Assembly: GCA_046484135.1 (NCBI GenBank)
Contig: JAWOBU010000244.1
Location: forward strand, 1 to 15,989
DNA: 15,989 bases
Direction: 5' to 3'
Origin: a bacterium
GTDB taxonomy: Bacteria > RBG-13-61-14 > DATKZS01
In this document: positions 7,494-15,784 of the stretch, in pieces
How the letters are laid out: each line of letters begins with the position of its first letter
Numbering within the stretch: the stretch's first letter is position 1
Position numbers and translations under genes: made by a program
Notes under the pieces: generated by a model
Database searches by the model: none
Told to the model about the DNA's origin: nothing
Seen by the model: the letters and a program-made list of their open reading frames with translations, nothing else

Positions 7494-8312
7494 TCAGCTC
7501 TCCTCCGGCTCGAAAAAGCAGAGGGCGGGCGTCTCCTCGATTATGCCGGTGTCCAGGCAATCCTCGAAAAACCGCTCCAGTCCTCGGAAATGCTCCGGCT
7601 TCAGCACGTACTCGATATGGTTCCAGAGCCGATGGATCATGGGCTTTTTTATCCAGTCGTAGCCTTGCATGAGCAGGGCCAGCCGGTTCCAGTCGGAGCT
7701 CGAGACCTGGATGGCGTGCCGGAGCATGCGATAAAAAAGCACGACCATTTCCTCCTTCTCCTGGAGAGCCTGTCTTCTCACCACCCACAGGTAATAGATC
7801 ATGGGCTCCTTGGTGTAATGTTTCCACAGGTCTCCCATGTCGTAGACATAGGAGTATCGGGCCAGGACCCTCTCGCGGAGCGCCGGGTCTCCTTCCAGCA
7901 CAAAAGACTCGGCCGAGCCCCATCCTTCGATGTACTGGTTCTGGTACTGGAGGTAGTTGTCCAGTACGATCCTTATCATGGCGGCCGAGGTCAGGGCCCC
8001 GCTCTGCAATGACACGCTCATCTCGTCCATGTCTTCGAGGAGCATATCGGAAAAAAGCAGGATTTCGCGCACGTGCCGGTTGGCGGCGTATCCCACGTCC
8101 GGCATGACCAGGAAATCGCGCGGCGCGGACACCACGCTCAAGGGAGAAACCAGGGCCACGTCCACCTCGCCCTGGTGAAGATAATCCTCCAACTGAGCGG
8201 GGCTGCCGCTTACGAATACCCAGTTGGGCTCATTGAACACGTTCCGGAGGGGGAAAAAGTAAGGGTACGTCCCGAGCGACACGTACTCGCCGATTACAAG
8301 GTTACGCTCCAT
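7494..8312 (-). CDS. MqnA/MqnD-family (menaquinone futalosine pathway, chorismate dehydratase-like) protein, divergent
   Basis: GSPAQL...GEVDVALVS, V..ILLFS, LTSAAMIRIVL, LEGDPAL and YVYDMGDLWKHYTKEPMIYYLWVVR follow the MqnA pattern (GxPxxL, DLGxxWxxxTGLPFVFAxW); AAGGAG RBS upstream. Confidence 0.7.
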   Translation of the reverse strand: MERNLVIGEYVSLGTYPYFFPLRNVFNEPNWVFVSGSPAQLEDYLHQGEVDVALVSPLSVVSAPRDFLVMPDVGYAANRHVREILLFSDMLLEDMDEMSVSLQSGALTSAAMIRIVLDNYLQYQNQYIEGWGSAESFVLEGDPALRERVLARYSYVYDMGDLWKHYTKEPMIYYLWVVRRQALQEKEEMVVLFYRMLRHAIQVSSSDWNRLALLMQGYDWIKKPMIHRLWNHIEYVLKPEHFRGLERFFEDCLDTGIIEETPALCFFEPEES

Positions 8313-8370
8313 TCTAAGATACTGCTCCTTAGCCTAAGCACTTAACATAAATCTAGCTTTGATATCCCCC

Positions 8371-8400
8371 GGAAACAAGCCCGGCCCGGGTTGCCTTTCC
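8371..8400 (-). terminator. GC-rich hairpin downstream of the ABC ATPase gene
   Basis: GGAAACAAGCCCGG-C-CCGGGTTGCCTTTCC imperfect inverted repeat about 30 nt after the stop; no clear U-tract. Confidence 0.3.
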
Positions 8401-8427
8401 ATAAGCCGGTCCTCATAAGCCCCGGCC

Positions 8428-9165
8428 TCATCCCCGTTCGTCGCTTATTATCCCGCCGTCCTCTATATCTATCCGGCGGTGGCAACGCCCGGACACCTGT
8501 GGATCATGGCTTACTATCACCATGGTGGTTTTTTTCTGCCGGTTCAAATCGGAAAACAAATCCAGAATGACCCCCCCGGTTTTCCGGTCCAGGTTGCCGG
8601 TGGGCTCGTCCGCAAGCACCAGCGCGGGTTCCACGGCCATGGCCCGGGCTATGCCCACCCTCTGGGCCTCTCCGCCGGAGAGCTGGGCGGGAAGATGCTC
8701 CGAGCGCTCGGACAGGCCGACCAGGTGGAGGGCCTCCTTGGCCCGGCCGGAGGCGTCCCGCCTCTTCCAGCCGGCGTATAAAAGCGGCAGCATGACGTTA
8801 AGGCGGGCGCTGTAGCGCGGCAACAGGTGGAAGGACTGAAACACGAACCCGATGCTTTGGCCCCGCAAGGCCGCTCTCTCCCGACCGCTCATGGATGCGG
8901 CGTTCTTACCGAGAAAAATGACCTCGCCGGAAGTGGGCCGGTCCAGCAGTCCCACAAGATGGAGCAAGGTGGACTTGCCCGACCCGGAAGGACCCAGCAC
9001 CGCCACCAGCTCGCCCTTGCCGATCAAAAGGTCTATACCCGCAAGAGCTACCACCTGCGCCCGACCTTCCGAGTAGACTTTTTGTACGCCTGCGAGCTCA
9101 ACCACCGCAGGAGATGAATCTTCGGAACGGCGCTCTTCAGAACCCAAAGGACTCACCAAAACCAT
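8428..9165 (-). CDS. ABC transporter ATP-binding protein, LolD/MacB/FtsE family
   Basis: Walker A GPSGSGKST, Q-loop IGFVFQSFHLL, signature LSGGEAQRV, Walker B VLADEPTGNLD, H-loop VSHD. Start uncertain (candidates 9219, 9165, 9156, 9147). Confidence 0.9.
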   Translation of the reverse strand: MVLVSPLGSEERRSEDSSPAVVELAGVQKVYSEGRAQVVALAGIDLLIGKGELVAVLGPSGSGKSTLLHLVGLLDRPTSGEVIFLGKNAASMSGRERAALRGQSIGFVFQSFHLLPRYSARLNVMLPLLYAGWKRRDASGRAKEALHLVGLSERSEHLPAQLSGGEAQRVGIARAMAVEPALVLADEPTGNLDRKTGGVILDLFSDLNRQKKTTMVIVSHDPQVSGRCHRRIDIEDGGIISDERG

Positions 9166-9259
9166 GAGAAGGAAGACGGACCCCGGCACAACAAAAGCGC
9201 CGCCTCTTGCGAAGACCATGCAGGAAAGACATTACCGTTCACGCCGGAAGCACCTGTTC

Positions 9260-11107
9260 TCAAATCGCGGTTACTCTCATGACTTCCTCGAAAGTGGTGA
9301 TGCCGTCGCCCAGCTTCTTGATGGCACACTCCCGGAGAAGCATCATGCCGTCCTCCACCGCGGCCTTCTGTATCCGCTGCGACTCCGCGTTCTGCCGGAT
9401 GAGGGCCATGATCTTGTCGGCTACGGGAAGGACCTCGAATATGCCGGTCCTGCCCAGGTAGCCGGTCTTCCGGCAGTCCACGCACCCGGCGCCGTAATAG
9501 GCCCGGACCTTGTGGTTCTCGTCCTTTACCGGTATGTGAAGCGCCCTGAGCTCGTCCGGCCCGAGGTAAGTCTCCGTCTTGCAGTGGGGACAGATTTTTC
9601 TGACCAGCCTCTGGGCGATGACTCCCACCACGGTGGAAGCTATGAGGAAGCTTTCTACATGAAGCTCGGAGAGCCTGTTGATGGCGGACGAGGAGTCGTT
9701 GGTATGGAGGGTGGACAGTACCAGGTGGCCGGTAAGCGCCGCCTGGACCGCGTTGGCGGCAGTGTCCCGGTCGCGGATTTCGCCCACCATTATTACGTCC
9801 GGGTCCTGCCGCAGTATGGTCCGGAGCGCGGATGCGAAGGTGATGTCAATCTTGGGCTGGACCCCTAACTGGTTGAACTCCTCGTACACCATCTCGATCG
9901 GGTCCTCGATGGTCACGATGTTGATGTCGGGGGTGGAGATGGCCTTGAGCGCCGAGTAGAGGGTGGTGGTCTTTCCGGACCCGGTAGGGCCGGTAACCAG
10001 GATCATTCCGTGGGGCCGACTGATAAAGTCCTTGAACTGCTGGAACTCTTTCTCGTAAAAGCCCAGGTCCGAGACGTCCTGCAGGAGCACGTCCGGGTCG
10101 AAAATCCTGACCACCGTCTTTTCTCCGAAAGCCACCGGCAGGGTGGACACCCGGAGCTCGACCTCTTTGTCCCGGTACTCCGTCTTGATCCGGCCGTCCT
10201 GGGGACGGCGCTTTTCCGCGATGTCGGTGCGGGCCAGCATCTTGATCCTGGAGACCACTGCCTGGTGCACCACCTTGGGAACCTTGTGGATATCGTGGAG
10301 CATGCCGTCAATCCGGAAGCGGATCAGGCTATAGTCCCGCTTGGGCTCGATGTGGATATCTGACGCCCTCTGCTCGTAGGCGTACCGGAAAAGATGCTCG
10401 ACCGCCTTGACAATGGGAGCGTCGTCAGCCTCGAAACCGTCCGGCTTCATGGCCACGAACTGCTCGAGGTTCTGGATATCCATGCCCGGCGTAAGCTCCC
10501 GCTCCGCCTGCACCACCGACGAGCGGAAACCGTAAAACTCGCTTATAATCTTGCGGATGTCCGAAGGAGTGGACAGGACCAGCCGCAGAGGCCTTCCCTT
10601 GGCCTGCTTGATCAGGGACTGGCCTTCCTCGTCAAACGGGTCGTCCACCGCAAAAACAATAACGTCGTCTTCCTCCCTGATGGGCACCATCCGGTGCCGG
10701 CGGGCGAACGGCCGGGTAATGGTCTGGGTGACCAGCTCCATGTCGAGCTTCATGGGGTCTATCTTCACGAACTCCATGTCAAGCTCTTTGGCCAGGACCT
10801 CGATGATGCGCTCTTCCATCAGGACCTTGCCGCCGCTTTCCGGGATGGTAAGCTGAAAGCCGGCCAGGACCTCGATGGGGGACAGGCTGGCGTTAAAGGC
10901 CTGTCTGCCCTGATCGGTCATGCGGGTCTCCCGGAGCTCCTTCTGCAGGCGCGCCCGCTGGGTGCGCTCCTTGACCATCACGTCCTTTTTCTGCGCAGCG
11001 CTTATAAGGCCCTCCCGGACCATGAGGTCGGTGAGGCCATCCATGTCAATGACCTTGCGCTGCTTTATGCCGGGCTTGTTGTCAGCACCGCTCGCTGTCT
11101 CCATCAT
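9260..11107 (-). CDS. GspE/PulE/PilB family secretion/pilus assembly ATPase
   Basis: RASDIHIEP, RFRIDG, AEKRRPQDGR, Walker A GPTGSGKTTT, TIEDPIE, LRQDPDVIMVGEIRD, TGHLVLSTLHTN and tetracysteine CPHC...CVDC. The second ATG (11104) has better spacing from the AAGGAG RBS. Confidence 0.95.
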   Translation of the reverse strand: MMETASGADNKPGIKQRKVIDMDGLTDLMVREGLISAAQKKDVMVKERTQRARLQKELRETRMTDQGRQAFNASLSPIEVLAGFQLTIPESGGKVLMEERIIEVLAKELDMEFVKIDPMKLDMELVTQTITRPFARRHRMVPIREEDDVIVFAVDDPFDEEGQSLIKQAKGRPLRLVLSTPSDIRKIISEFYGFRSSVVQAERELTPGMDIQNLEQFVAMKPDGFEADDAPIVKAVEHLFRYAYEQRASDIHIEPKRDYSLIRFRIDGMLHDIHKVPKVVHQAVVSRIKMLARTDIAEKRRPQDGRIKTEYRDKEVELRVSTLPVAFGEKTVVRIFDPDVLLQDVSDLGFYEKEFQQFKDFISRPHGMILVTGPTGSGKTTTLYSALKAISTPDINIVTIEDPIEMVYEEFNQLGVQPKIDITFASALRTILRQDPDVIMVGEIRDRDTAANAVQAALTGHLVLSTLHTNDSSSAINRLSELHVESFLIASTVVGVIAQRLVRKICPHCKTETYLGPDELRALHIPVKDENHKVRAYYGAGCVDCRKTGYLGRTGIFEVLPVADKIMALIRQNAESQRIQKAAVEDGMMLLRECAIKKLGDGITTFEEVMRVTAI

Positions 11108-11138
11108 CCTCTCCTTATTGCAAGGACGAAAACATTGT

Positions 11139-12143
11139 TCATAAACCGATCTCGCTTTTCAACTTCCTGGTCATCAGGTCCCGCACCGCCATCTTGGGCG
11201 ACTTCTCCGCGTAAAGAACCAGGTGAATCTGCTCTATGATAGGCATGGTTACTTCCATCTTCTGGGAAAGCTTGTAGACCGTGACCGCGTTCTTTACACC
11301 TTCGGCAACGCTCCTGGTCTTGTCCAGTATCTCGTTCAGGGTCATGCCCTGCCCTATCTTCAGCCCCACCTGCCGGTTGCGGGACAAATCTCCGGTACAG
11401 GTCAACACCAAGTCGCCCAGTCCGGCAAGACCGGCAAAGGTCATGGGGTTCGCGCCCATTCTCACCCCCAATCGGGCTATCTCGGCCAGGCCCCGCGTGA
11501 TTATGGCCGCCCGCGTGTTAAGCCCCAGACCCATACCGTCAGCAATTCCCACTGCAATGGCCACCGGGTTCTTGACCGCTCCACCCAGCTCAACTCCCAT
11601 AACGTCCGTCTGCGAGTAAACCCGGAACGTCTCGTTGGAAAGAGCGTACTGCACCTGCTCGGCTACCCGGATGTCGTAGCTCGCCGCAGCAAGAGCGGTA
11701 GGAACGCCCGCGGCAACCTCCTTGGCGAAGCTCGGGCCGGAAAGAGCGACAATGTTACGGGAGACCTCGGCCGGGACCACCTCCTGGATCACCCCCGTCA
11801 TGGTCAGCAAGCTGTCCTTTTCAATGCCCTTGCTCGCCGACACCATGATGGCGTCCTTTGGAATGTATGGAGAGGCCTCGCTCATGACCTGCCGCACCAC
11901 GTGGGAAGGGGAAACCGAAATGACCATCTCCGATCCGGAAAGCGCTTTTTCCAGGTCGTTGGTAGCGGATATGGACTCGGAAAGGGAAACCCCCGGCAGG
12001 AACTCCTCGTTCTCGTGCTTCTCGTTTAGGGAGGCCGCCACTTCCGGCTCGTAAACCCACATGATCACCTGATGCCCGTTCCCCGCGCAAACCTGAGCAA
12101 GTGCTGTTCCCCACGCGCCGCCGCCTATGACGCTTACCTGCAT
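11139..12143 (-). CDS. gpsA: NAD(P)H-dependent glycerol-3-phosphate dehydrogenase
   Basis: GGGAWGTALA Rossmann motif, SKGIE, LSGPSFAKEV, GVELGGAVKN, GLAGLGDLVLTCTGDLSRNR and VAEGV. Confidence 0.97.
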   Translation of the reverse strand: MQVSVIGGGAWGTALAQVCAGNGHQVIMWVYEPEVAASLNEKHENEEFLPGVSLSESISATNDLEKALSGSEMVISVSPSHVVRQVMSEASPYIPKDAIMVSASKGIEKDSLLTMTGVIQEVVPAEVSRNIVALSGPSFAKEVAAGVPTALAAASYDIRVAEQVQYALSNETFRVYSQTDVMGVELGGAVKNPVAIAVGIADGMGLGLNTRAAIITRGLAEIARLGVRMGANPMTFAGLAGLGDLVLTCTGDLSRNRQVGLKIGQGMTLNEILDKTRSVAEGVKNAVTVYKLSQKMEVTMPIIEQIHLVLYAEKSPKMAVRDLMTRKLKSEIGL

Positions 12144-12272
12144 CCCTTGTAAAGCCTCCTTTTCGCAATCAAAATAGCTTATTTGTTTCTCCGCCGCAAC
12201 CGCGAGCCTTCTTTCTTCTCTTGCCGGGCGGCATCAAATTAAGGACTTTAAAGAAAAACTTGTATTTTGGGC

Positions 12273-12300
12273 TTGACAAAATTTACAGGACTGCTAAATT
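12273..12300 (+). promoter_or_regulatory. Putative sigma70 promoter for rho
   Basis: TTGACA (12273-12278), 16-nt spacer, extended -10 TGc-TAAATT (12295-12300). Confidence 0.6.
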
Positions 12301-12586
12301 ATCGGGTAACAGAGTTCCACTTACTTCCTGTAATTCCCGGACAGACCATTTTCAAGATTCCAGCCTTATAGGCTAAGTTATTCACGAGGTGATGGTATAA
12401 GATTGAGTTGCACTTCTTCGGGTTTAATGCCTCCAGGTTTCCCTGGAACCTGAATTTTCCGGAAGAACCATATCCCATTTAATGAAAACATCGCTATCTT
12501 TGTCATTTAATTTCCCTGACAAGTCTACCCTGGTCACTGAAGCCGGCCGGGGGAGGCGGGGAGTTTAGCGTTTAAAGGAGAGAACT

Positions 12587-13993
12587 ATGCCAAGAACGTC
12601 CAAGAACAATCCGGACAAGACCCCGGACAAAAACTCGAAAGAAACCACTGAGCAGCCGGAAGAGAACGGCCGGGACAAGGAGAAGAAAGACTCTGCCGAG
12701 AGCCCGGAAAAAGTCGCAGCCGAGGCGGGTATTGATTTTTCCCAGCTCAACCTGAAGGAGCTCAAGCAGCGCAAGATTTCCGAGCTTATGAAGATAGCCA
12801 AGCAGCTCAACGTGGAAGGAGCAGCGGGCCTTCGCAAGGCGGACCTGATCTTTTCCATTCTCCAACGACGTGCCGAGCGCAACGGGCTTATCTACGGCGA
12901 AGGGGTCCTGGAGATACTGCCGGACGGGTTTGGATTTCTGCGCTCGCCCACTTACAACTACCTTCCGGGACCGGACGATATATACGTCTCCCCGAGCCAG
13001 ATCCGGAAGTTCAACCTGCGCACCGGCGATACGGTGGCCGGACAAATCCGGACCCCCAAGGACTCGGAGAGGTACTTCGCCCTTCTCAAGGTCGAAGCCA
13101 TAAACCACGAAGACCCGGAAACAACCCGCGATAAAATCCTGTTCGATAATCTGACCCCCCTCTACCCCGAAGAGTGGATGAACATGGAGTACGACCCGGA
13201 AGAGTACACCACCCGCATCCTCGACCTCATCTCTCCGCTCGGAAAAGGACAGCGGGCATTGATCGTGGCCCCTCCATACTCGGGCAAGACGGTCATCCTT
13301 CAGAAGATCGCCAACGCCCTGACCAATAACTTTCCCAACCTCTATCTTATCGTGTTGCTCATTGACGAGCGGCCCGAAGAAGTCACCGACATGCAACGGT
13401 CGGTCAAGGGGGAAGTGGTGTCCTCTACCTTTGACGAGCCTCCCCAGCGACACGTCCAGGTATCGGAGATGGTAAGCGAAAAGGCCAAGCGACTGGTCGA
13501 GCACAAGCGGGACGTGGTGATCCTGCTCGACTCCATCACCCGGCTGGCCCGGGCCTATAACAACGTGATCCCTCCCTCCGGCAAGATACTTACCGGCGGC
13601 GTGGACGCGGCCGCCCTGCAACGACCGAAGCGCTTCTTCGGCGCGGCCCGGAACGTGGAGGAAGGCGGCAGCCTGACCATCGTGGCCACCGCCCTTATTG
13701 ACACGGGCTCGCGCATGGACGAGGTCATCTTCGAGGAATTCAAGGGCACGGGCAACTGCGAGATCCAGCTCGACCGTCGCCTCATGGAAAAGCGCATCTT
13801 CCCGGCGGTGGACATAAACCGCTCCGCCACCCGGCGGGAGGAGCTTCTGGTACCCGATCACATCCGGCAGCGGGTGTGGCTGCTCCGGAAGGTGCTCTCC
13901 CCCCTCAATACCATTGACGCCATGGAGTTCCTGCTCGACAAGATAGGCGGGACCAAGGACAACGAAGAGTTCCTGGCCTCCATGAACCGGTAA
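12587..13993 (+). CDS. rho: Transcription termination factor Rho
   Basis: [79 protein letters not shown] and [22 protein letters not shown]. Confidence 0.99.
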   Translation: MPRTSKNNPDKTPDKNSKETTEQPEENGRDKEKKDSAESPEKVAAEAGIDFSQLNLKELKQRKISELMKIAKQLNVEGAAGLRKADLIFSILQRRAERNGLIYGEGVLEILPDGFGFLRSPTYNYLPGPDDIYVSPSQIRKFNLRTGDTVAGQIRTPKDSERYFALLKVEAINHEDPETTRDKILFDNLTPLYPEEWMNMEYDPEEYTTRILDLISPLGKGQRALIVAPPYSGKTVILQKIANALTNNFPNLYLIVLLIDERPEEVTDMQRSVKGEVVSSTFDEPPQRHVQVSEMVSEKAKRLVEHKRDVVILLDSITRLARAYNNVIPPSGKILTGGVDAAALQRPKRFFGAARNVEEGGSLTIVATALIDTGSRMDEVIFEEFKGTGNCEIQLDRRLMEKRIFPAVDINRSATRREELLVPDHIRQRVWLLRKVLSPLNTIDAMEFLLDKIGGTKDNEEFLASMNR

Positions 13994-14037
13994 AATTTGA
14001 ATAAAAAGAGCCTGCGGCAAAATTATTAATTCTGGAG

Positions 14038-14059
14038 GTGCGAGCGACTTCAGTCGCGA
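14038..14059 (+). repeat. REP-like 22-bp repeat, copy B (GTGCGAGCGACTTCAGTCGCGA)
   Basis: Perfect 6-bp stem GCGACT/AGTCGC, nested in a larger hairpin GGAGGT...ACCTCC (14034-14064), between convergent rho and M14 peptidase genes. Confidence 0.85.
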
Positions 14060-14105
14060 CCTCCGCCGCTCGCGTGCGACTTCTAAACTTTGATGTGATC
14101 CGCTG

Positions 14106-15125
14106 CTACCTTTTTTCCGGCGGGATTCTTTTGCCTTCCATGATCCGGTTGGATTCCAGCAGGTAGTGGAGCGCGGCCCTGCTGTCGTTTTCAATCCACC
14201 ACTCCGGCTCTTGAGGGTTATACCCCCAGAAAAGGTGGTTACATTTGCAGTCCATCATGTTGAGAAGCCGGGTCCCGATCTCGATGTCCACTGCCATCAC
14301 ACCGTACTCGTGGTAAAGCCAGTCCTCCATCTCCCCGGTGTAAGAATCGAGTATCCGACTTTGCAGGCGGGGGTACGGCAGGTGCTCCTGGTTTTGCCGA
14401 TATGCTTTACAGGCCTTTCTAAAGCGCCTTATGCACACCCGCGTCTCGCAGTGGGGCGGAAACATGACCGCGGCATAAGAATGCCAGGAGATCGCGGCCA
14501 CGATGTCGGGATGAGTTTCAAAAAACCGGTCAATGGCCTGTGTCTCCGGCTCGGAGAGCGCCTCCGCTCCGCGGTAATGGATCGAGTCCGGTTCGGGCGA
14601 GCCTGCCTGGTCAATGGGAATGGTGACCTCCCCCGGCAAGGGGAAGTTGCGGTTTAAGTCCACTCCATGCGCGTTCTTCCGGCAGGGGCGATTGTCGTCT
14701 TCGCAGGGGTCCTGCCAGGTCCGGTAGTAACCGTCCGGGTTTAAGCACGGCGCGATGTAGAAGTTCATCTCGGCAAGGGCCTCACGCGCCGGCGGAGTTT
14801 CCGCCTTTGCCAGCATACGCGCGATGTTCATGGCGGTCCGGTTGCCGATCCACTCGTTGCCGTGGATCACCGCGCCGATCCAGGCCGCGGGCTTGTCCGC
14901 GCCGCTTCCGATCTTCAGCACCAACAGGTCCCGGCCCTCCACGCTTTTGCCATAGGTGGACAGACTGACCCGGTCAGGGTAATCGCGGGCCAGCGTCCTG
15001 ATCTCGTCCATCATTCGGGAAAAGCCGGGGTAAGGGTCCATGTCCGGCGCAGACGCCGCGGCGGGTCCCGCAGGCATTGCGAAAAGGAACACGATCACAA
15101 GTAAGACAAAGGCGTGTTTTTTCAT
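14106..15125 (-). CDS. Secreted M14 family zinc carboxypeptidase
   Basis: Signal peptide (MKK, hydrophobic stretch, AAA); YGKSVEGRDL, Zn ligands IHGNEW (HxxE) and WHSY, NPDGY, RKNAHGVDLNRNF, SEPET and catalytic IEIG. Confidence 0.92.
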   Translation of the reverse strand: MKKHAFVLLVIVFLFAMPAGPAAASAPDMDPYPGFSRMMDEIRTLARDYPDRVSLSTYGKSVEGRDLLVLKIGSGADKPAAWIGAVIHGNEWIGNRTAMNIARMLAKAETPPAREALAEMNFYIAPCLNPDGYYRTWQDPCEDDNRPCRKNAHGVDLNRNFPLPGEVTIPIDQAGSPEPDSIHYRGAEALSEPETQAIDRFFETHPDIVAAISWHSYAAVMFPPHCETRVCIRRFRKACKAYRQNQEHLPYPRLQSRILDSYTGEMEDWLYHEYGVMAVDIEIGTRLLNMMDCKCNHLFWGYNPQEPEWWIENDSRAALHYLLESNRIMEGKRIPPEKR

Positions 15126-15152
15126 TCATGGTCTCCTGCCAGGGGCAGCATA

Positions 15153-15590
15153 TCAGAAGGGAACGTCGTCGTCCGGCGGGGCCTGGGACTCCTGGGAGTA
15201 GTCCGGTTCATAATCGGAACCGGTCCCTCCTCCGCCTCCTTCTCCACCGCCACTGCCTCCGCCGAGCATGATGAAGTTAAAACCCACTATCTCGGTGGTG
15301 TAGCGTTTCTGCCCGTCCTTGCCTTCCCAGGACCGGGTCTGAATCTTACCCTCGATGAATACCCGGTCGCCCTTGGAAAGGTACTGGCCGACGGTCTCCG
15401 CCTGCTTGCCGAATATGACCACCCGGTGCCACTCCGTCTTTTCCTGCCACTCGCCTTCCTTGTTCTGGAAGCGCTCGTTGGTGGCCACCGAAAAGTTGGC
15501 CACCGCCTGGGTGCTGGGAAGGTACCTGACCTCCGGGTCCCGGCCCAGGTTCCCTATGATCAAGGCCTTGTTCAAGCTTCTCCCCGCCAT
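15153..15590 (-). CDS. ssb: Single-stranded DNA-binding protein
   Basis: [47 protein letters not shown], Gly-rich linker and acidic tip DDDVPF; AAGGAGG RBS. Confidence 0.98.
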   Translation of the reverse strand: MAGRSLNKALIIGNLGRDPEVRYLPSTQAVANFSVATNERFQNKEGEWQEKTEWHRVVIFGKQAETVGQYLSKGDRVFIEGKIQTRSWEGKDGQKRYTTEIVGFNFIMLGGGSGGGEGGGGGTGSDYEPDYSQESQAPPDDDVPF

Positions 15591-15698
15591 GGTTATGGTC
15601 CTCCTTCGTTATTTCCGGATTGACTCTATCACGGCCATTATGATAATAGCAAGCGGAAAAACCGGACTTATATGCAAAAGCCGGGCAAGAGGCTTCAA

Positions 15699-15720
15699 TC
15701 GCGCCTTTCGTCGCTCGCAC
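15699..15720 (-). repeat. REP-like 22-bp repeat, copy E (GTGCGAGCGACGAAAGGCGCGA)
   Basis: 18/22 match to copy B; 11-nt head intact; GAAA loop. Confidence 0.7.
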
Positions 15721-15784
15721 TCAGAAGTAATTTGTTACTCGCTTGACAGAAACTGATCCTTTTCACTTTTAAACTTATAAGTCC

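Noticed and set aside
8400..8431. Short direct repeat CATAAGCC...CCTCAT twice
   Set aside because: Two imperfect units only; probably a local duplication at a gene end, not an array.
12572..14194. 540-aa ORF antisense to rho (also long antisense ORFs 5280-6374, 3695-4561, 10394-11239, 11223-12029, 9164-9868)
   Set aside because: Shadow ORFs opposite well-supported genes, expected from high GC3 codon bias; no recognisable motifs.
15743..15780. TTGACA as -35 of a rightward promoter
   Set aside because: Candidate -10 boxes (TAAACT, TATAAG) are 21 nt or more away.
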